Shown here piece by piece: positions 1 to 21,069 of a stretch of DNA of 64,000 nt. The notes under the pieces are model-generated. The model was not told where the DNA came from, ran no database searches, and saw only the letters and a list, made by a program, of their open reading frames with translations. The stretch comes from Tubulanus polymorphus (taxonomy: Eukaryota; Animalia; Nemertea). The translations under genes and the position numbers were made by a program. Position 1 is the first letter of the stretch. The number at the start of each line of letters is the position of its first letter. The stretch is taken from the NCBI RefSeq assembly GCF_964204645.1, contig NC_134025.1, forward strand, positions 2,418,001-2,482,000, given 5' to 3'.

Positions 1-3000
1 TTATAACCACTTGGACATTTACCTGAGACGCAAAAATGTCATGAACGGAGAAATTTAACATTTGTAAAAAAGCTCGTTGCACCTCATTTTTTTCAATTTA
101 CTTGTGTTATTTACCAGACGGCTTTTTGATACAGTGTCCACTTTCTACGCGAAGCCAGGTGGCAGGACAAGGCGTCGAACCTGAAAAACATGTATGAATG
201 TAGATAACGCATAGGGTCAATAATCTGATTGAAGATTCGAGATTCAATCGTTATTTGCCTTGACTATCGACTGGTATTTGGCACGAGTCGGATCCATATG
301 GCGTATAAGGTGGTTTACAATCCGGAGCACATGCTTTCTCTATCAGTTTATAACCATCACCGCAAACAACTGTATAGAATAAATTAATCATCTCAATTAT
401 CAATTACCCGTTTGTAATAACTGGAAATCAGAGTGATACTTACTTGTCAGTAGTCTTAGACATTCTTTTGCCAACATAAACGAACCAGTTGGACAAGGAT
501 CTGAATATGGATAAGGGCCATTTGTTATGCGTGTTCAAACAAAAACAAGACCAGTTTATGAATATAAATTCAGAACAAATCAAGTGAATCAAATTGCAGT
601 ATATGAACGGTACCTTTATGTACATCCTTCAAGCATTCCGTCCCATTACGTTTAAATCCAGAATTACATCTGACTCTGCACATCGTTCCGACCATATCGT
701 ACCCAACATGACATTTCTTCAAGATTTCTAAAGAAAAGATTCTCTTTTTCATTGACCCGCGTGAACGAAGTTAACTTAACGATGTTCTAGCACTCTATAA
801 CGTACCGGGTTTGACGATACATGAATTCCCTAACTTTACCGCAGGCCTTGGACACTTCATTTCTTAAATAATAAGGACGGGACCACTCATTCACCACATT
901 TCACTTTTTACGACGACGATGGGTTTTTTTTAAGTGCAAAGATTAGCATTATTTTCGTCATATACCTTTGATGCATTTTGAAGAACGTGCCATGAAACCA
1001 AACGGGCATTTAAGGGGCTCGCACTGTCCGGCCTTCATGACAAAATCGATTGGACAACCAGGCTCTAGAAGTAAATATTTCATATCGTTATATTACCGGG
1101 ATGTATCAAACATCTTCGAAAGACGAGGTCTAAACTTACGCGGTGCTGGGAATATACAATCATCGCCAACTTTACTTGACCAAGATGGACATGCGGCTAG
1201 AAAATCAGAAAAAGTAGATAATTCGATATCTATTTCTAGCAATCGGCAGTTAGATCGATGGACCTACGCACCATTATTGGTGATCTTTTTGAAACAGAAA
1301 ATTCCTCTCAGACGAAATCCTGGTTTACAGTCGATGCATTTGTCTTGAGCTTTCACTTGCCCATCTCGACATTTTATTGCTAAATACAAAATGAACCATA
1401 GAGACAGTTGACCGAGAATCTAACAATAACTGGAGATGCAACTTACGCGGTTTGATTACGCAGCCGACATGTTCAGTGTTCGATCCCCTTGGACAATGCA
1501 ATTCTAGAATATGAAACATTTAGAGACTAAAAAAAAACTAGAAAATTCCTAGACCTATGATAATGAAAAAAACATATCGCCTTCGCTGTCAAACATTTAG
1601 ACAAACCTTTGACGCAATTTCCTCCCTTGCTGTGAAAACCAGGATCACAATTCTTCACACATTTGCCGGATATCGCGTTAAAATTCGGAGGACATCCAGC
1701 AGCTGAAATTATCGGCGAATATAAAATAACAGAAGAATTCACAATTTCTCATTCCCGCCGATCATTGAAGCATAGTTCACCTGATTTCTGGACACAATGT
1801 TTATCTCTTCTGACAGATTTTGGTGGACAACTTACTGAAAGTCATCAAATTTTCCCTTTCATTAAAACAATGAAATAAGCAAATTCATGATGAATGATAT
1901 TATCGATGAATACATACCATAACAGTTATTCCCTATCATAACGTAACCATAAGGACATATTCCTCCTAAAATCAGAACCCGTTAGCAGTTATTCTGTAGA
2001 AATTTCATATAAAGTAGTTGTTAGTGAATCTTACTTTTTTCACAAGGTTTTCTTGTTATTCTAGTGACAGTCACAGCAGTTACAGCATGTTTGTTCGTTT
2101 TGCATGGTTTGACTGTAGTCACTGTTTGAGAAGGTATTCTTGTTGTAGTTGTGGTGGTTTCTCCAGGTTTAATCGTTCTAGTCACTTTAGTAGTCGTTTC
2201 TCCAGGTTTAATCGTTCTAGTCACTTTAGTAGTCGTTTCTCCAGGTTTCACTGTAGGTGGGTTCGTTGTACATGGTTTTACTGTAGTCACTTGCTGAGAA
2301 GGTATTCCTGTTGTAGTTGTGGTGGTTTCTCCAGGTTTAATCGTTCTAGTCACTTTAGTAGTCGTTTCTCCAGGTTTCACTGTAGGTGGGTTCGTCGTAC
2401 ATGGTTTTACTGTAGTTACTTGTTGAGAAGGTATTCCTGTTGTAGTTGTGGTGGTTTCTCCAGGTTTGAGCGTTCTAGTCACTTTAGTAGTTGTTTCTCC
2501 AGGTTTCACTGTAGGTGGGTTCGTTGTACATGGTTTTACTGTAGTTACTTGTTGAGAAGGTATTCCTGTTGTAGTTGTGGTGGTTTCTCCAGGTTTGAGC
2601 GTTCTAGTCACTTTAGTAGTTGTTTCTCCAGGTTTCACTGTAGGTGGGTTCGTTGTACATGGTTTTACTGTAGTTACTTGTTGAGAAGGTATTCCTGTTG
2701 TAGTTGTGGTGGTTTCTCCAGGTTTGAGCGTTCTAGTCACTTTAGTAGTCGTTTCTCCGGGTTTAACCGTTCTAGTCACTATAGTAGTCGTTTCTCCCGG
2801 TTTCACTGTAGGTGGGTTTGTTGTACATGGTTTTACTGTAGTTACTTGTTGAGAAGGTATTCCTGTTGTAGTTGTGGTGGTTTCTCCAGGTTTGAGCGTT
2901 CTAGTCACTTTAGTTGTCGTTTCTCCGGGTTTAACCGTTCTAGTCACTTTAGTAGTCGGTTCGTCGAGTTTCACTGTAGTTGGTTTTGTTTTACATGGTT

Positions 3001-6000
3001 TTACTGTAGTTGTGATGGTCTCCCCTGGTTTAACCGTTCTAGTCACTTTAGTGGTGGTTTCTCCCGGTTTCACTGTACTAGTCACTTTAGTAGTCGGTTC
3101 TCCGAGTTTCACTGTAGATGGGTTTGTTTTACAAGGTTTTACTGTAGTCATTTGTTGAGAAGGTATTCCTGTTGTAGTTGTGTGGGTTTCTCCAGGTTTA
3201 ACCGTACTAGTCACTTTAGTAGTCGTTTCTCCAGGTTTCACTGTACTAGTCACTTTAGAAAACGTCTCTCCAGGTTTCACTGTAGGTGGGTTCGTTGTAC
3301 ATGGTTTTACTGTAGTCACTTGTTGAGAAGGTATTCCTGTTGTAGTTGTGGTGGTTTCTCCAGGTTTAACCGTTCTAGTCACTTTAGTAGTCGTTTCTCC
3401 AGGTTTCACTGTACTAGTCACTTTAGTAGTCGTCTCTCCGGGTTTCACTGTAGGTGGGTTCGTTGTACATGGTTTTACTGTAGTCACTTGTTGAGAAGGT
3501 ATTCCTGTTGTAGTTGTGGTGGTTTCTCCAGGTTTCACTGTACTAGTCACTTTAGTAGTCGTCCCTCCGGGTTTCACTGTAGGTGGGTTCGTTGTACATG
3601 GTTTTACTGTAGTCACTTGTTGAGGAGGTATTCCTGTTGTAGTTGTGGTGGTTTCTCCAGGTTTAACCGTTCTAGTCACTTTAGTAGTCGTTTCTCCAGG
3701 TTTCACTGTAGGTGGGTTCGTTGTACATGGTTTTACTGTAGTCACTTGTTGAGAAGGTATTCCTGTTGTAGTTGTGATGGTTTCTCCAGGCTTAACCGTA
3801 CTAGTCACTTTAGTAGTCGTTTCTCCAGGTTTCACTGTACTAGTCACTTTAGAAAACGTCTTTCCGGGTTTCACTGTAGGTGGGTTTGTTTTACATGGTT
3901 TTACTGTAGTCACCTGCTGAGAAGGTATTCCTGTTGTAGTTGTGGTGGTTTCTCCAGGCTTAACCGTACTAGTCACTTTAGTGGTGGTTTCTCCGGGTTT
4001 AACCGTACTAGTCACTTTAGTAGTCGTTTCTCCGGGTTTCACTGTGGGTGGGTTCGTTGTACATGGTTTTACTGTAGTCACTTGTTGAGAAGGTATTCCT
4101 GTTGTAGTTGTGGTGGTTTCTCCAGGTTTAACCGTTTTAGTCACTTTAGTAGTCGTTTCTCCGGGTTTCACTGTAGGTGGGTTTGTTTTGCATGGTTTTA
4201 CTGTAGTCACCTGCTGAGAAGGTATTCCTGTTGTAGTTGTGGTGGTTTCTCCGGGTTTAACCGTACTAGTTACTTTCGTAGTCGTCTCTCCAGGTTTCAC
4301 TGTAGGTGGGTTCGTTGTACATGGTTTTACTGTAGTTACTTGTTGAGAAGGTATTCCTGTTGTAGTTGTGGTGGTTTCTCCAGGCTTAACCGTACTAGTC
4401 ACTTTAGTGGTGGTTTCTCCAGGTTTAATCGTTCTAGTCACTTTAGTAGTCGTTTCTCCGGGTTTCACTGTAGGTGGGTTTGTTTTGCATGGTTTTACTG
4501 TAGTTACTTGTTGAGAAGGTATTCCTGTTGTAGTTGTGGTGGTTTCTCCAGGTTTAACCGTTTTAGTCACTTTAGTAGTCGTTTCTCCGGGTTTCACTGT
4601 AGGTGGGTTTGTTTTGCATGGTTTTACTGTAGTCACCTGCTGAGAAGGTATTCCTGTTGTAGTTGTGGTGGTTTCTCCGGGTTTAACCGTACTAGTTACT
4701 TTCGTAGTCGTCTCTCCAGGTTTCACTGTAGGTGGGTTCGTTGTACATGGTTTTACTGTAGTTACTTGTTGAGAAGGTATTCCTGTTGAAGGTTTGGTGG
4801 TTTCTCCAGGTTTAACCGTTCTAGTCACTTTGGTAGTCGTTTCTCCTGGTTTAATCGTTCTAGTCACTTTAGTATTTGTTTCTCCAGGTTTTACTGTAGT
4901 TCGGTTCGTTTTGCATGGTTTTACTGTAGTTCTAGTGGTCTCCCCTGGTTTATCCGTTCTAGTCACTTTAGTGCTGGTTTCTCCGGGCTTCACTGTACTA
5001 GTCCCTTTCGTTGTCGTTTCTTCGGGTTTCATTGTAGTTGGGTTCGTGTTGCATGGTTTTACTGAAGTGACCTTTGTTGTTTCTGTTTCATCTGTAGTTG
5101 AAGTGTGGTTGCATTTACGTTCTGTTTGGAAATAATGATTATTATGAGATTATGACATAAACCTCTGTGGATATAGGTTCAGTCACACCAAATATATACT
5201 CACTGAAACTATCAGATAGTATGACGCAATTGAATCCAAGTCTTACACTTCCTTCAGGGCATTTTGCTCGACAGAATGAATTACCGACCTTTTCAAAACC
5301 TGGTGGACATTTGCTACCTGCAAATCGTAATTTTCATAAGTAATATTTCTTAAATAAGGTTTTTTCTTAAATAAGTTCTTATGTTGTTCGCACCTTGTTG
5401 AATTGGTATTACAGGTCTAGGGATGACTCGACGTTTGCGCAGTTTTTGTATAGGTTGATTCGAACCAATCTTTGTTGTTTTATCAACCGCTCCACTCTGT
5501 AATGCCAAAGATACCGGTGACTTGGCCCCGTATGTTTTGACCGAAAGATCTTTGTTGTTACTTTGTTGTGATTTTTTCAAACACATGTTGTCATTCGAAA
5601 GAGTGTAACCTGTTGGGCAGCGTGGTCGACAAATCCCCGATACTTTAGTCATTCCGACAGGGCATACGAAGGATGCACGAGAACCATCCCTTAGCTCTGT
5701 TTAAAATGATAGAATAAGAATTGAGCTATTTTCGACTATATCCAAAATTACAAGTGTTTTTGGCTTTTTCAACATAGAATCACTAACCAACTTACCCGCG
5801 CATTTACCCAGTTTTATATTCATAGCAATAGCCGGAAGAATTCTCCATTTCCTTATGACAATCACATGGCTTGAAAAAGGTGTATTTGCTATCATCTTTG
5901 CATCTTTGGCATTTATCTTATCACCGACGGCAACAACGTAAATCTCTACACCAGATTTCTTAAGAGCAGCGGCTTCGGTTTGAGCTTTTTTGATATCAGT

Positions 6001-6534
6001 CGGGCGGTGACCCGTCGCCACTATTACAATAGGTACCGCATCTTTCCTAGCACCAGACGTGGGTATAAAAATTTGACTGCGCACAAATTTCAACGCGTTT
6101 CCGAGGCGCGAATCTTTTCCATCTGTGAACGGTATACGCATAATGCCACGAAATAAATCCGTTTTACAGTCGTACCAATTAAAACCGACATGTTGTCGCG
6201 GGGTTGATGAATATGTGACGACTGAAACTTGTACGAAAAATGAACCGTATCGCAAACCATCGACCGACGTGAAAATGAATGAACGTAGTTTGTTGAAATT
6301 TGCTCTACCCAGAGCCAGGGTATCTTCAATTATGAACACGACATCGGCTTTCAAGGCAGGATTACATACTGAAAACAAGAGCCTATTTTATCGAGAATTC
6401 CTTTCATGCGTCATTTATAAATGAAAAAGATGAGTTCGTAGAATAAGCTTACGTGAAACTGCAGGCACTGTAGTTGTGGCGATACCGATGAAGATTATGC
6501 CGGTGACCAGCCACTTAGGCATGTCCCCTTTCAT
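1..6534 (-). CDS. Secreted VWA-domain / Thr-Lys-rich mucin-like repeat / two-Cys module protein (multi-exon, 3' end outside window)
   Basis: Exon 1 (6534-6453) encodes a signal-peptide-like MKGDMPKWLVTGIIFIGIATTTVPAVS. VWA exon ~6369-5795 (ADVVFIIEDT...GVEIYVVAVG). A ~3.1-kb repeat exon at ~5120-2040. About 15 small GT-AG exons encode CPxGxxxxGxxC modules. Confidence 0.85.
2040..5100 (-). repeat. Coding higher-order tandem repeat (129/168-bp units)
   Basis: Subunits VKPGETTTKVT(S/R)T (13 aa), VKPGETTTTTTGIPSQQVTT (20 aa) and VKPCTTNPPT (10 aa). gaaggtattcctg recurs at 129-bp spacing (2298, 2427). Confidence 0.95.
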
Positions 6535-7150
6535 CTGACCTCCTCCTAAAATGATGTCTCATCAATAATCAATGAAACCGTTGTTTATTTCTACGAAATT
6601 TTACAGATTATTTTATAACATCGTGGAAACGTTTAGATTAACATTGAGCAATACATCATCATTTGAAATACTCACGGATATTCAGATATATATTCCATAC
6701 ATACGACAAACATCTAAACATGTACAATATATATATATACATATCACATCACGGACCTATTAATCAGATATAACGGAATATCCCAGATACCAATTAAAAG
6801 CATTAAACAGATGCGTTGTAGGATCCTCTTGTCATATATAGATTATCGATATTAACATATAAGGGTAACGAGAACCTTTCCTTTACAAATGAGCTGATTG
6901 TCTGATCTGTCTTTTAAAATGCCAGTGTCCTTACATGACCTGGATCGTATATTGGAAAAAAGGGAACATTTTCCTCCATTTAGAGATCGATATCTGCATT
7001 AAAAGGCTCGATGTTTGGTAGTGTGTATGTACGCGAGTAGATCTGTCTTTTGTTGTTCGGATCTTGCTTTCAAAAGTCTCAATAAGAAAAACTGAACTAA
7101 ACTAAAATCTTAAAAACAAATGCACGTGATTTAAAAAACACTGTAATTTA

Positions 7151-9660
7151 TTATTCACTTGTTCTATTTTGGAATAAAAATGAATCATCGTCAAGCAATT
7201 TGGCTAAGGCTTCATTGAATGGCCCATAGAATTGATCTAACAGTCGTGCAGTCGATGGCCACATGCTGCCCTTCTTTATTTTCTCTTTTCCTGAGTTTCG
7301 AGGAGCTTCATCTTGCAGCGATTGTAACATCGTGTCTGAAATCTTGTCTGAAAATAAAACAAAGAATGAATGATGGTGGATAATCCAACTTTTATCCAAA
7401 TCAAAAACTTTATTTTTTCTTCACCAATTTCGAGGAATGTCTGTAAATTCGTGAGTTCGCCAATCGCATCCGTGTGGTATGAATCAAAGTTGATGAAACG
7501 GAATTGGTTTCGGGAGTAGATATTCAACCAATCATTAATGTAAACTGCATACATTCCTATTTGTAACCGTACCTATAATCAAGATACACGTTCAACTCTG
7601 AATCATTTTATTTCAAATCCAGGATCCATGCTGGTTTCAGATTTGACTCATGGGAGTTGGAAATGAAGTGCCACTTACTCTTGAATTTGATGCTTCTGTG
7701 AGTGTCTGATCGTAAGCGCACTGTCTCACTGTCTTCTGTTTAAAACAGTAATTATACCGATGGATCATCTCATCTACGAATCTGTGGAATTCTTCTGTGG
7801 ACGGGTTTCCGTGAAAGTACATGTAATCCGAATATAACCTAGAAAATATACATCGTCCATTCACCTCCCAGTCAGTCGATAAGCGATGTAAGGAATTTAG
7901 CGATTTCGATAACCCTTATTGTATACATAAATCCGTGATTTTGAATTTCTAATAATTACGACTAAAAACCTTTGTATCGGATCTCTGAGAATGATGATGA
8001 ATTTAGCATTAGGTGTGTACGCCTGGATGAAATGCGCGTTCATTATTTGAAGATCCGGTTCGACCAGATATCGAAATGATTCATGACTCTTCAAAGCCAC
8101 GATCAAATGATAATTATCCCAAGCCGTTGAGGCACTTGCCTCTCCTGTAAAATACCAAACATTGAATCTCTTATTTGCTCTGGAAATTCTTTCTAATCTC
8201 GTACCTCTAATTCTCATTAACCAACCTGTTACTTTGTTTGAATCGCGTCTGATAATTTTTGATTGTTTATGAAAAAAATGGTCTAGATACCAATCCATGT
8301 TGCGTAACTTTGCTGAAATTCAGTAATGGAACAACGATTCATACGATCTCATCGCACGCAGTGTTAATTGTGTCTGATTATCACTCACCTGTCCCCCGCT
8401 CTTTTATGAAACGTTTTCTAGTCCACCAATGAGGTTCTTTTACCGATACGGCTATCTGTGGATAATTTTTGGTTAGTTGGTACCACAGGTCTGTAGTGGC
8501 GCACTTCGGGAAGCCGAGAATGTAAAAATACGGAAGACACCGAAGGTTGTTATCATCGGTGAACCAGCAGGGATTCTTGTACGTTTCATTTAGCGATGGA
8601 ATCTAAAACGACGCGGTGTCAGACGAAATAATAACCCTTGATTAGACGTGGAACTCTGTGTGTTATGATTTGCCGATGACAATAAAGGCCAACTTGCAAA
8701 AAAATGCCTAATCAAAGTAATGTTTAACTAATTTATTGTTATCTTCCATTAGTCATGAATTTTCTAGGGAATGTTCTTCGTTCCAAAGGGGGATTATTTT
8801 GAGACTATTTGGGCTTCGAAACTTGGACTTCTAGCAAGCGAACTCGCTGATCTAAACACTCCACGGTCAACAAGTTGTGGTAAGAGTTTGGCTGGTCAGT
8901 GTATCGGTAACCAGTGTGTGAGTGGTGACCATCAGTCGGGCGTGGCTGTCCAGTTCGAATCGTGTCAGTCCGTAATCAAATTAACGTTTTATGTTTTTCA
9001 AAGACACGTTGTGAAAAATGAGTATGCTTAGGGTCTATGAATGTACGTTATATTCACATCTATCATTTTACCCAAATATTGATTAATGAAATATGGTCTT
9101 AAATCAATTATAGCAGTTGACGTTGCCTTGATTCATGCATAGAACTTGATTTCTGTGATACTTACTTCGATGTTCAAACCATGTGTTGGAAATATGAAAG
9201 ATTTGATCGTGTTTGATGTCCATTTTCTAACTCTGTATGAAAGTATTTGTTCATATGTGATATAGTTTTTGTAAACCAACGATTCCTCGCGGTATTTATA
9301 ACGATTAATCTGAGGCGCTGGAAGATCTACCCTCCTCGAGTGGTTTATCCCACGATTTTCATACACGGAGTCGCTTTTCGTCAAAGATTTCGTCTCTAAC
9401 ACTTTGATTCCTCTTTGTGGGCCGGATTCAGCCGTGTCGGATTTCCATTGATTCTTTGAGGCGGTTTGCGATTGTTCTTCGCTAGCCGAAACTATTGGAA
9501 TGATCTTTTCGAGTTCACGAGTATCTGATTCCGCATTTTCATCGACATCACTGTTACTGTCGGACATACTATAATTCCAAACAATCAAATACACGAAGAA
9601 GGAAGTCACAATTCCAGTCAGCAATGTAAACCGAGGTATCACAAAACTTCTCTTTGTCAT
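7151..9660 (-). CDS. CHST15: Carbohydrate sulfotransferase 15-like (GalNAc4S-6ST), type II Golgi membrane protein
   Basis: N-terminal TM segment. NPCW...LRCLPYFYILGFPKCATTDLW (5'-PSB), KEPHWWTRKR, GEASAST, KFIIILRDP (3'-PB), LYSDY, and C-terminal LDQFYGPFNEALAKLLDD. Multi-exon with GT-AG sites. Confidence 0.88.
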
Positions 9661-10979
9661 AACGGTACGCGTTCCAGTTTATAGTAAATTGAAACGTTCG
9701 AAGGAATCTTCTCCAGTGAATAGTATAGCGTTTTATTCTATTCTGTTCCCAGGGCTGTTCTCCAGTTCCGGTGTGTCTCTCGGTCTCTGTCTCCCTCTCT
9801 CTCTCTGTCCCCTGTTTCGGAGACCCTCCTTAGGCACTTGCAAAACTGCCACGAAACTGCCATGAAACTGTCACGAAACTGCCACGTCGCGCTCCCCAGA
9901 TGTTGAAAATTGACTTACAACAGGGCTGGCTGTACGTGTCATGCGGCAGGGTGGATGGTGCCATCTTACCATCGAGAATCTAGTTTTCGGACGTTTTGTC
10001 GCAATGTGTCACGATAGCGTGAAGCAGTTAACTTCTGTAAAAAGCGTTTAGAAATTCACGGAACCAGTATAGTAAGGCAGGTTTCGATTATGGTCTCTAC
10101 CGATTCCGGAAAATTCTCTTATGGTGCGTTCGTTTCGACCAGAATACGCTCTACCTATGCCCAATGAAATTGATTTATTATACCTTATTTCGTACTAGTA
10201 TTATAAGACCGATCGCGACACTTAGACGCTAGCTTCGGTCGTTGCCGTCTGAAACCTTTGACAGGTTTGGAAAGTCTAGAGAGACAAGAAGAGTTGCTCT
10301 AAATTGCGTATCGTAGTTTAGTGACACTACAAGCGGTGTATGCTTGCTTGTAGCAAGACTTTTTACTTCTAGTTTAGTATTTTGCGCCGAGCATATCGCA
10401 CGCATAGCCCAGAGTCATAGCCGCCTGTGATGACTTGAAAACCTTAAAATGATCCTCTTCAAGCTCTGTTGATTTTAAAATCGAAGATGAAAAGAATAAG
10501 AAAATAAAAATCCACCGCTCATATCTGAGACATTCATAATAAACATTTATTGGCAATAAAATAACAAACAATTCACGATTACGATTCACAGTCACTTAGT
10601 TAAAAACATTCAGATGATTTAGTTTTTTAAGTTTTCTTTTTTCGAAATCGTTTTTCACTATATCACATCGATAAAACACGTGATCTACCGGTACTCCATT
10701 TAGAAATCGTTACACGCTGAAATATGCGCGAGATTATCGTATATTCGTTTATACAATGATGACACTTACTTGAATAACATGTAAATTTACATATACAGCA
10801 CTGAATTGTCGAGGAACTAAAATCAGATGGAAACTCCCAGCTGCTTTCGTATGCGTTTACCGTCATATGTGAAAATTTCACGGAATTATATACATATAGT
10901 TCCATACAGTTTATTGATTCAATGAGCAGCTAAAGGCGCGAGAAATCATGACAAAAGTCTTAAAAATGACAGGGAAATG

Positions 10980-11438
10980 TACGGAAGCCCCTAGGTGACA
11001 TACGAGGAATTTTTTTCACAATTTCGACTTAATAAGTCGAATTTCGACATAATAAGTCGAATTTCGAGATAATAAGTCGAATGTCGACATAATAAGTCGA
11101 ATTTCGTGTTAATTAAGTCGAATTTCGAGTTTTATTTTCATGTCGAATTTCGACTTATTATGTCGAAATTCGACTTATTATGTCGAAATTCGACATAATA
11201 AGTCGAATTTCGTGTTGATTAAGTCGAATTTCGAGTTTTATTTTCATGTCGAATTTCGACTTATTAAGTCGAAATTCGACTTAATTAACACGAAATTCGA
11301 CTTATTATGTCGAAATTCGACTTATTATCTCGAAATTCGACTTATTAAGTCGAAATTCGACTTATTATGTCGAAATTCGACTTGATAAGTCGAATTTATG
11401 AAAAAAATTACCTCATATGTCACCTAGGGGCTTCCGTA
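10980..11438. mobile_element. Non-autonomous DNA transposon with internal 20-bp satellite (IS3EU-like termini)
   Basis: TIRs tacggaagcccctaggtgacata / tatgtcacctaggggcttccgta; 6-bp TSD gaaatg (10974-79, 11439-44); interior arrays of aataagtcgaatttcgacat in both orientations. Confidence 0.85.
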
Positions 11439-13622
11439 GAAATGAATACATGTAGATCAAATATTATACTACGGGCCAGTTTTCTACTAGTTTTTCTACG
11501 AAATTATGAAGAAGGCACAAAATTAATTGCACTAAATACAGTCTATATATTGCACCTGTTTAAAATTTCTCACTTTGAGGAGATCGTATATAAATCTAGA
11601 AATTCTATCCAATCAGGAATTGAGCTAAACGTGACTTCCTATCAAAACTTTCGTTAACAAAATTAAACATATCTCAAAATACAAAATATTAAATCCTATT
11701 TCCTGTAAAAAATAATTTTCTAATGATATTTTGATTATCGAACAATGATTTTTTTCAAACGATCTAATCAACAACGCGCAGATCTTCCGAGATAAGTAGC
11801 AATTCCGACACCAGATATCGAATTGTGAATACAGGATCGATATCGTTTTGAACATCCTATAGAGCGAAATCCTATTCAAATTCATCTTTAAATCAAATGA
11901 GATGAAAATGTTAAATACTGAATTATGAAACATATCTACGTAGCCTTTGACTAGATGAGTAGAGATATTAATACAATACCAATACGTGGCACATTACCAG
12001 CACCGAATACTCAATACAGAATTGAAACTAGTTTTATTTTATGCTCGAATTAATGTTTACAATGGTTATTCATGCATGAATGTATGTATTAAATGGAATG
12101 GAGATGACCGAGAGGGGGAGAGGAGGAAAGAGGGAGAGAGAAGAGGAGAGGGGGACTGTTATTAAACATTGGGTATCTACGTCCGTACCAAACATCATTA
12201 GTGAGATCTTATGATCAAATAATGGATATTGACTATTTCTCATTTGATTAAGAAACATTTACACGAAATGAACATGAAAATATTCATTATTTACAATATC
12301 GATTATTATACATAATAGTAATAATCATATCAATAATAATAATAATAATAATAGTAATCATAATAATATGGCAACTAGTTTATCATGGACCATAATGATT
12401 CAAGCTTGCACCGAATATTTTTACAGAAAATAACAATATTATCAGGAATGGAAAGATTTTCCAAAACGTTTGAAAATAGACAGAAATGCAGTGACGAGCA
12501 CCATGTATTACATTATATATAATATATTTATCTATGTATATTAAATATCATTCTAAAATCATGTAGTGGCTCAAAACAAGACTCGATTTATACAAATATT
12601 TTCATAGAATACGAGATCCTCATTGTTAAGTATCCCGTGTCAAAGTTTGGCTGTATCCCAGTATCATCAAGAAAATACAGGAAACAGACAACTTCTGAAA
12701 ATCTGAAATTTCTTGCGTCTGGTCAGGATTTTCAAATTTAAGTATCCCACCAATAAATCTAGTGAACGCTCAAGATACTGCCAAATCGAGCCCTGCTTAA
12801 ACTACTGGTGGAGATGAAGAGATGTTTTCTTAATATGAAAGTTGCGAACAATTTTGTCTCCTTTTCTCTGCGTACAGTTTTTTTTTTCTTTATTTCAGGG
12901 TAGTCGGTGGCCAAGAGAGAAGTGTTGGATATAAAAGTACGCACAATGATTCTACTGTGGATGAAACGAACGTTTGTACCGGAGGGAAGATATGAAAATT
13001 TTGAGCAAAGTACCGGTACTACTAAAAGCGTTGGAAATACTGTTTCCTCAAATACGACGAGTACTAAAAACCTGATCATTAAATTCATGTTGCATTTTCG
13101 TATTATCATCGTGCATCTTGATTTAACTGTAATTTGATGTCTAATTTTCATCGAATCGAATGCTGTACATTGAACATTTATTATTTCCTAGCATGATTTC
13201 ACGAAGTCATCGAGTAAACGTTGACACAACACAATCAAATTTATCCATTCAATATCAATGCGGAACTAATTCACCATTCTCGTTCATCCTTCTTTCTTCT
13301 TTTCGTTGTTGCCATTTTTTATTAATTTCTCTGAAAAATAACCCACCAAAACATATTCAAAACAACTCTTAGCTTTTAGCGGACGGTCAAAATGTTGGAC
13401 CGAATAAAAATTCGTTAGACAATAGACTCATGTTTTTCCTGTTTGTTGATTAAAAAAAATCCCTCAACTGATGAAGTATCTGGTTCATTTCTGGGTTAAG
13501 CCTAAATTGCATCAATCAGAGTCACAATGATTCTAGATGATTTAGATTGACCTAAAATCCCGAAACCGTAAAAAAAATTAACTAGATATGTTCATCAGTG
13601 GTGAGCTCTTTATTTTGTGATT

Positions 13623-21069
<7,447 letters not shown>

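Noticed and set aside
2018-4789. 923-aa Cys/Arg/Ser/Phe-rich ORF on the + strand
   Set aside because: It is the antisense shadow of the coding repeat. It starts at TTG and coincides with the repeat, while the minus frame has splice sites and gene context.
11020-11400. Repeat array resembling a CRISPR
   Set aside because: Eukaryotic context, no unique spacers, no cas genes, and it is bounded by TIRs and a TSD.
12000-13600. Short ORFs and GA/AAT tracts downstream of PRKD
   Set aside because: No domain signal; consistent with a long AT-rich 3' UTR and simple repeats.
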